Virus record (IMG/VR): IMGVR_UViG_2703718856_000008
Span: 1 to 40,953 of that record
Direction: 5' to 3' (one strand)
DNA length: 40,953 nt
Origin: a virus
Taxonomy: Duplodnaviria > Heunggongvirae > Uroviricota > Caudoviricetes
A program made the translations under genes and the position numbers. Within the stretch, counting starts at the first letter, position 1, and every line of letters starts with the position of its first letter. This document shows, in pieces, positions 38,320 to 40,953 of this stretch. A model generated the notes under the pieces. That model was not told the origin of the DNA. It ran no database searches and was given only the letters and a program-made list of their open reading frames with translations.

Positions 38320-38493
38320 GGAATTTACCATGAGAGGACTTGCATACAATCCCAGCATTCTTCCGGCAGAAATGATTATTCGCCAACGCGTAAAGCCAAT
38401 GCCATCGAGAGAGGAATTGCTTAAGAGAAATTCTTTTCCGTCAGTGAATCAAAACAAATATCTGAATGCGATGTGGCGCAAAGGAGGCAACCA

Positions 38494-38748
38494 GTGAGTA
38501 ATTCAGCACGACTACAGCTTGGTTTTTCACCGCTATCAAAAACTATCATGCTGGCAAAAATGCGCGATGTTGAAGGTGGACGTATGCGCGTTGGCAATGA
38601 TCCAGGTCGTGATGTTACCAATGAGGCTGCTCAATTGGTGTGGCGACTGGTCATGGCTGAAGGTGGTGAGATCGCGTGGGAGCTGGATGATGGTTCTCGC
38701 ATGGTGTTGAAGGCAGAAAAGCAGGAGGCAACCAGTGAGCAAGATTGA
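38494..38748 (+). CDS. Hypothetical 84-aa protein
   Basis: GTG start 6 nt after AAGGAGG; in frame with the longer track ORF from 38473. Confidence 0.4.
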   Translation: MSNSARLQLGFSPLSKTIMLAKMRDVEGGRMRVGNDPGRDVTNEAAQLVWRLVMAEGGEIAWELDDGSRMVLKAEKQEATSEQD

Positions 38749-39433
38749 TTATCAGGCACTGCGTGCTAAGGCAGAAAAAGCAACGTGTGGCGAGTGGTCG
38801 CTCGAATATGGAGAGGGCCGATTTGATGGTGATGATGCGCTAATTCATCGTGAAGTTGTTGGATATCTTCCCATTTGCAGAATTGAAGGAGCGCATCCAG
38901 AAAGCGGTTTCGATGAAGATTTCCAAATGGAACAGCAGGCCAATGCTGAATTCATCGCCGCAGCCAATCCGGCTACCGTCTTGGCGCTGCTGGATGAGCT
39001 GGAAAGAAAACAGCAATACATCAAACGCCGCGACCAGGAGAACGAGGATATTGCGCTAACGGTAGGGAAGCTGCTAATCGAAAACGGCCGGCTTGTTGCC
39101 GATACGCTACGCCACTTAGCTGATAACGAAATCGACTCTGATTATTTTGCTATCACCTCAACGAATGAGAACGGTACTGAAATTGATCATGAGATGGCTA
39201 TTACCGATTACGCACTGCAAGCTGCCGGAACTGTAGACGAATTGGTTGCGGCGCTGGAATCCGCAGAGAAGCGCATAGCAGAACTGGAAGCGCGGGAAAT
39301 ACTGCTCCCGGAACGTAGCAGTATGCTTCATCGAACAGATTTTCACGATGATTACCAAACGGTAATGGCATACAAAGTTTCTGAAGTCATCGCTGCAATC
39401 CGCGCCGCTGGCATTCGCATCAAAGGAGAGTGA
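38735..39433 (+). CDS. Ead/Ea22-like early-region protein
   Basis: 232 aa, GTG start after GCAGGAGG; N-terminus [26 protein letters not shown] resembles Ead/Ea22-like proteins of lambdoid prophages; acidic with a coiled-coil segment. Confidence 0.5.
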   Translation: MSKIDYQALRAKAEKATCGEWSLEYGEGRFDGDDALIHREVVGYLPICRIEGAHPESGFDEDFQMEQQANAEFIAAANPATVLALLDELERKQQYIKRRDQENEDIALTVGKLLIENGRLVADTLRHLADNEIDSDYFAITSTNENGTEIDHEMAITDYALQAAGTVDELVAALESAEKRIAELEAREILLPERSSMLHRTDFHDDYQTVMAYKVSEVIAAIRAAGIRIKGE

Positions 39434-39434
39434 T

Positions 39435-39644
39435 ATGGCTATCGCTGCAAGTTACACCATGCATCTCTATTGTGATTGCCTCCAGTGTACAGATGGCAAA
39501 TATAAGTCGCCAGACTTCGGTGAGTATATAGGTACGTCATGGGCTGGCTGTGCAAAAGAGGCGCGCAAGGATGGCTGGCGAATAAGCAAAGACAAAACGC
39601 GTGCTTTTGCGCCCGGGCATAAAGTTTTGAGGATTAACAAATGA
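39435..39644 (+). CDS. Hypothetical 69-aa Cys-rich protein
   Basis: ORF with CxC...C motifs (LYCDCLQCTDGKYKSPDFGEYIGTSWAGCAK); coupled to neighbours. Confidence 0.35.
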   Translation: MAIAASYTMHLYCDCLQCTDGKYKSPDFGEYIGTSWAGCAKEARKDGWRISKDKTRAFAPGHKVLRINK

Positions 39645-40345
39645 CCACTATAACCAAAGAGCGACTGCTGACAATCAAGCAGTGGCGCGAAACATACGGA
39701 CCGGGTAGCAACGTTGTACTGCCAGCAGAAGAAGCGGAAGAACTGGCACGAATTGCTCTGGCATCGCTGGAAGCAGAACCAGTTGCTTATATTTTCAAAC
39801 ATCCGGCCGGGAAATTATTCTGGGCTTTAACGGATGAAAGCAATAAAGAGCAAGCGGACGTTATTCCTGTTTATGCTGCCGCGCCTGCGTCGGTTGTGCC
39901 GGATAATGCATCAGAGCCTCTCGCTTATGCTTACAAAGAGCTTACGCCTGAGATTATGCGCAACCATTTAGCTGTATTCGAGCGATATGGAATAGCCCCA
40001 AACGATAGCTCTACCACAATTCAGGCACTGCGAATCGCGCTGGATGGCATAGAGCGGAGCGACGCCATGCTTCATGGTGCCGAACCTGTAAGCCAGACTT
40101 ACAAGTTGAACAAGCTGTCGGGCAACTCTCCGGCAACTCCGGATGGTTGGATAAGCTGTAGTGAGCGAATGCCGGATACCAAAACAGCCGTTCTTGTTGC
40201 CGTGGAGTTTGACAGGAAAGGTGACTGGCGAATGAAATGGGCGACTTACATCCCGGGGCATCCTGACGCTAATGATGGGTGGTTAATTCCTGGTGCGTCG
40301 TGGAAACCGTCACACTGGATGCCGCTACCAGAGCCTCCACTTTGA
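39641..40345 (+). CDS. DUF551-like phage protein
   Basis: 234 aa; C-terminus WISCSERMPDTKTAVLVAVEFDRKGDWRMKWATYIPGHPDANDGWLIPGASWKPSHWMPLPEPP resembles the DUF551 domain of lambdoid early-region proteins. Confidence 0.5.
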   Translation: MTTITKERLLTIKQWRETYGPGSNVVLPAEEAEELARIALASLEAEPVAYIFKHPAGKLFWALTDESNKEQADVIPVYAAAPASVVPDNASEPLAYAYKELTPEIMRNHLAVFERYGIAPNDSSTTIQALRIALDGIERSDAMLHGAEPVSQTYKLNKLSGNSPATPDGWISCSERMPDTKTAVLVAVEFDRKGDWRMKWATYIPGHPDANDGWLIPGASWKPSHWMPLPEPPL

Positions 40346-40441
40346 AAGCGAAGCTTATACATATCTTTTACATCAGCAATCTATTGTTAATCTCCAATCA
40401 ATGTTACGTTGTCATCTCTCTCATGCTTTGGAGGTAGTGAT

Positions 40442-40621
40442 ATGTCTTGTCCAAAATGCGGTTCTGGAAATATTGCAAAAGAAAAAACAATGCGTGGATG
40501 GTCTGGTGATTATGTGTGCTGCGATTGCGGATACAACGACTCTAAAGACGCATTTGGAGAGCGTGGTAAAAACGAGTTTGTCAAAATTAATAAAGAACGC
40601 GAAGGCAGCGAAAAAAGCTAA
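40442..40621 (+). CDS. Small zinc-ribbon protein
   Basis: 59 aa from the ATG at 40442 (GGAGG RBS); MSCPKCGSGN...YVCCDCGYN has two CxxC pairs. Confidence 0.45.
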   Translation: MSCPKCGSGNIAKEKTMRGWSGDYVCCDCGYNDSKDAFGERGKNEFVKINKEREGSEKS

Positions 40622-40684
40622 TTTATTTATTCATATATGAAAACAATGTAACCAATATTCGAATTGAAGAACTGAAAGAACACC

Positions 40685-40710
40685 AAGCCGCCTGATGGCG
40701 GTTTTTTATT
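40685..40710 (+). terminator. Intrinsic terminator ending the early-left operon before xis
   Basis: Hairpin GCCGCC-TGAT-GGCGG followed by TTTTTTATT. Confidence 0.6.
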
Positions 40711-40752
40711 ACCTGATTTGCAGGTTCGATTCCCTATTCGGAGATAGCACTC

Positions 40753-40953
40753 ATGCAACACGAACTACAGCCTGATTCACTGGTTGATTTGAAATTCATC
40801 ATGGCCGATACTGGCTTTGGTAAAACCTTCATCTACGACCGTATTAAGTCCGGCGACTTGCCAAAAGCCAAAGTTATCCACGGGCGAGCAAGATGGTTAT
40901 ATCGTGACCATTGTGAATTCAAAAATAAGCTCTTAAGCCGCGCTAATGGGTAA
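40753..40953 (+). CDS. xis: Excisionase / recombination directionality factor, AlpA-TorI family
   Basis: 66 aa; LKFIMADTGFGKTFIYDRIKSGDLPKAKVIHGRARWLYRDHCEF is a winged-helix AlpA-type excisionase; recalled as matching TorI of E. coli KplE1. Confidence 0.8.
   Translation: MQHELQPDSLVDLKFIMADTGFGKTFIYDRIKSGDLPKAKVIHGRARWLYRDHCEFKNKLLSRANG

Larger units (their letters stand above)
1..40953. mobile_element. Mosaic lambdoid temperate phage / prophage (P22/Sf6-like virion module, lambda-like immunity, replication, nin, Q and lysis modules)
   Basis: Contiguous int, xis, cI/cro/cII/cIII/N, O plus DnaC-like loader, nin genes, Q, S-R-Rz/Rz1, terminase, portal, scaffold, coat, tail accessory, needle, ejection proteins and tailspike in canonical order; no host housekeeping gene seen. 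Confidence 0.9.

Overview
The whole 40,953-bp window is one complete or near-complete mosaic lambdoid temperate phage (prophage), running from a P4/IntS-type tyrosine integrase at the left edge (1..1158) to an AlpA/TorI-type excisionase at the right edge (40753..40953). The virion module is P22/Sf6-like and lies on the minus strand: terminase, portal, scaffold, coat, gp4/gp10/needle, gp14, ejection proteins gp7/gp20/gp16 (8.0-21.7 kb) and an Sf6-type tailspike (2.3-4.2 kb). The immI region (mnt/arc/ant) is P22-like. Regulation, replication and lysis are lambda-like: cI C-terminal domain, N with nutL and nutR, cII, cIII, Ral, O with internal iterons plus a DnaC-like loader, nin genes, an 82-type Q, and S-R-Rz/Rz1. 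Accessory cargo sits at the usual moron slots: an Oac-like O-antigen acetyltransferase, a free-standing HNH endonuclease, a Panacea-domain toxin-antitoxin-like pair in the sieA slot, a T5orf172 (GIY-YIG-like) gene between cII and O, and an uncharacterised 348-aa gene co-transcribed with cI in the rexAB slot. That last gene is my best candidate for an undescribed prophage-encoded exclusion or defence function. All family assignments are from reading the translated ORFs and recalled reference sequences; no database search or alignment was run. CDS coordinates come from the supplied ORF track, with internal starts chosen by hand from RBS and homologue length. Hand-placed small sites (terminators, nut sites, iterons, promoters) may be off by 1-2 nt.
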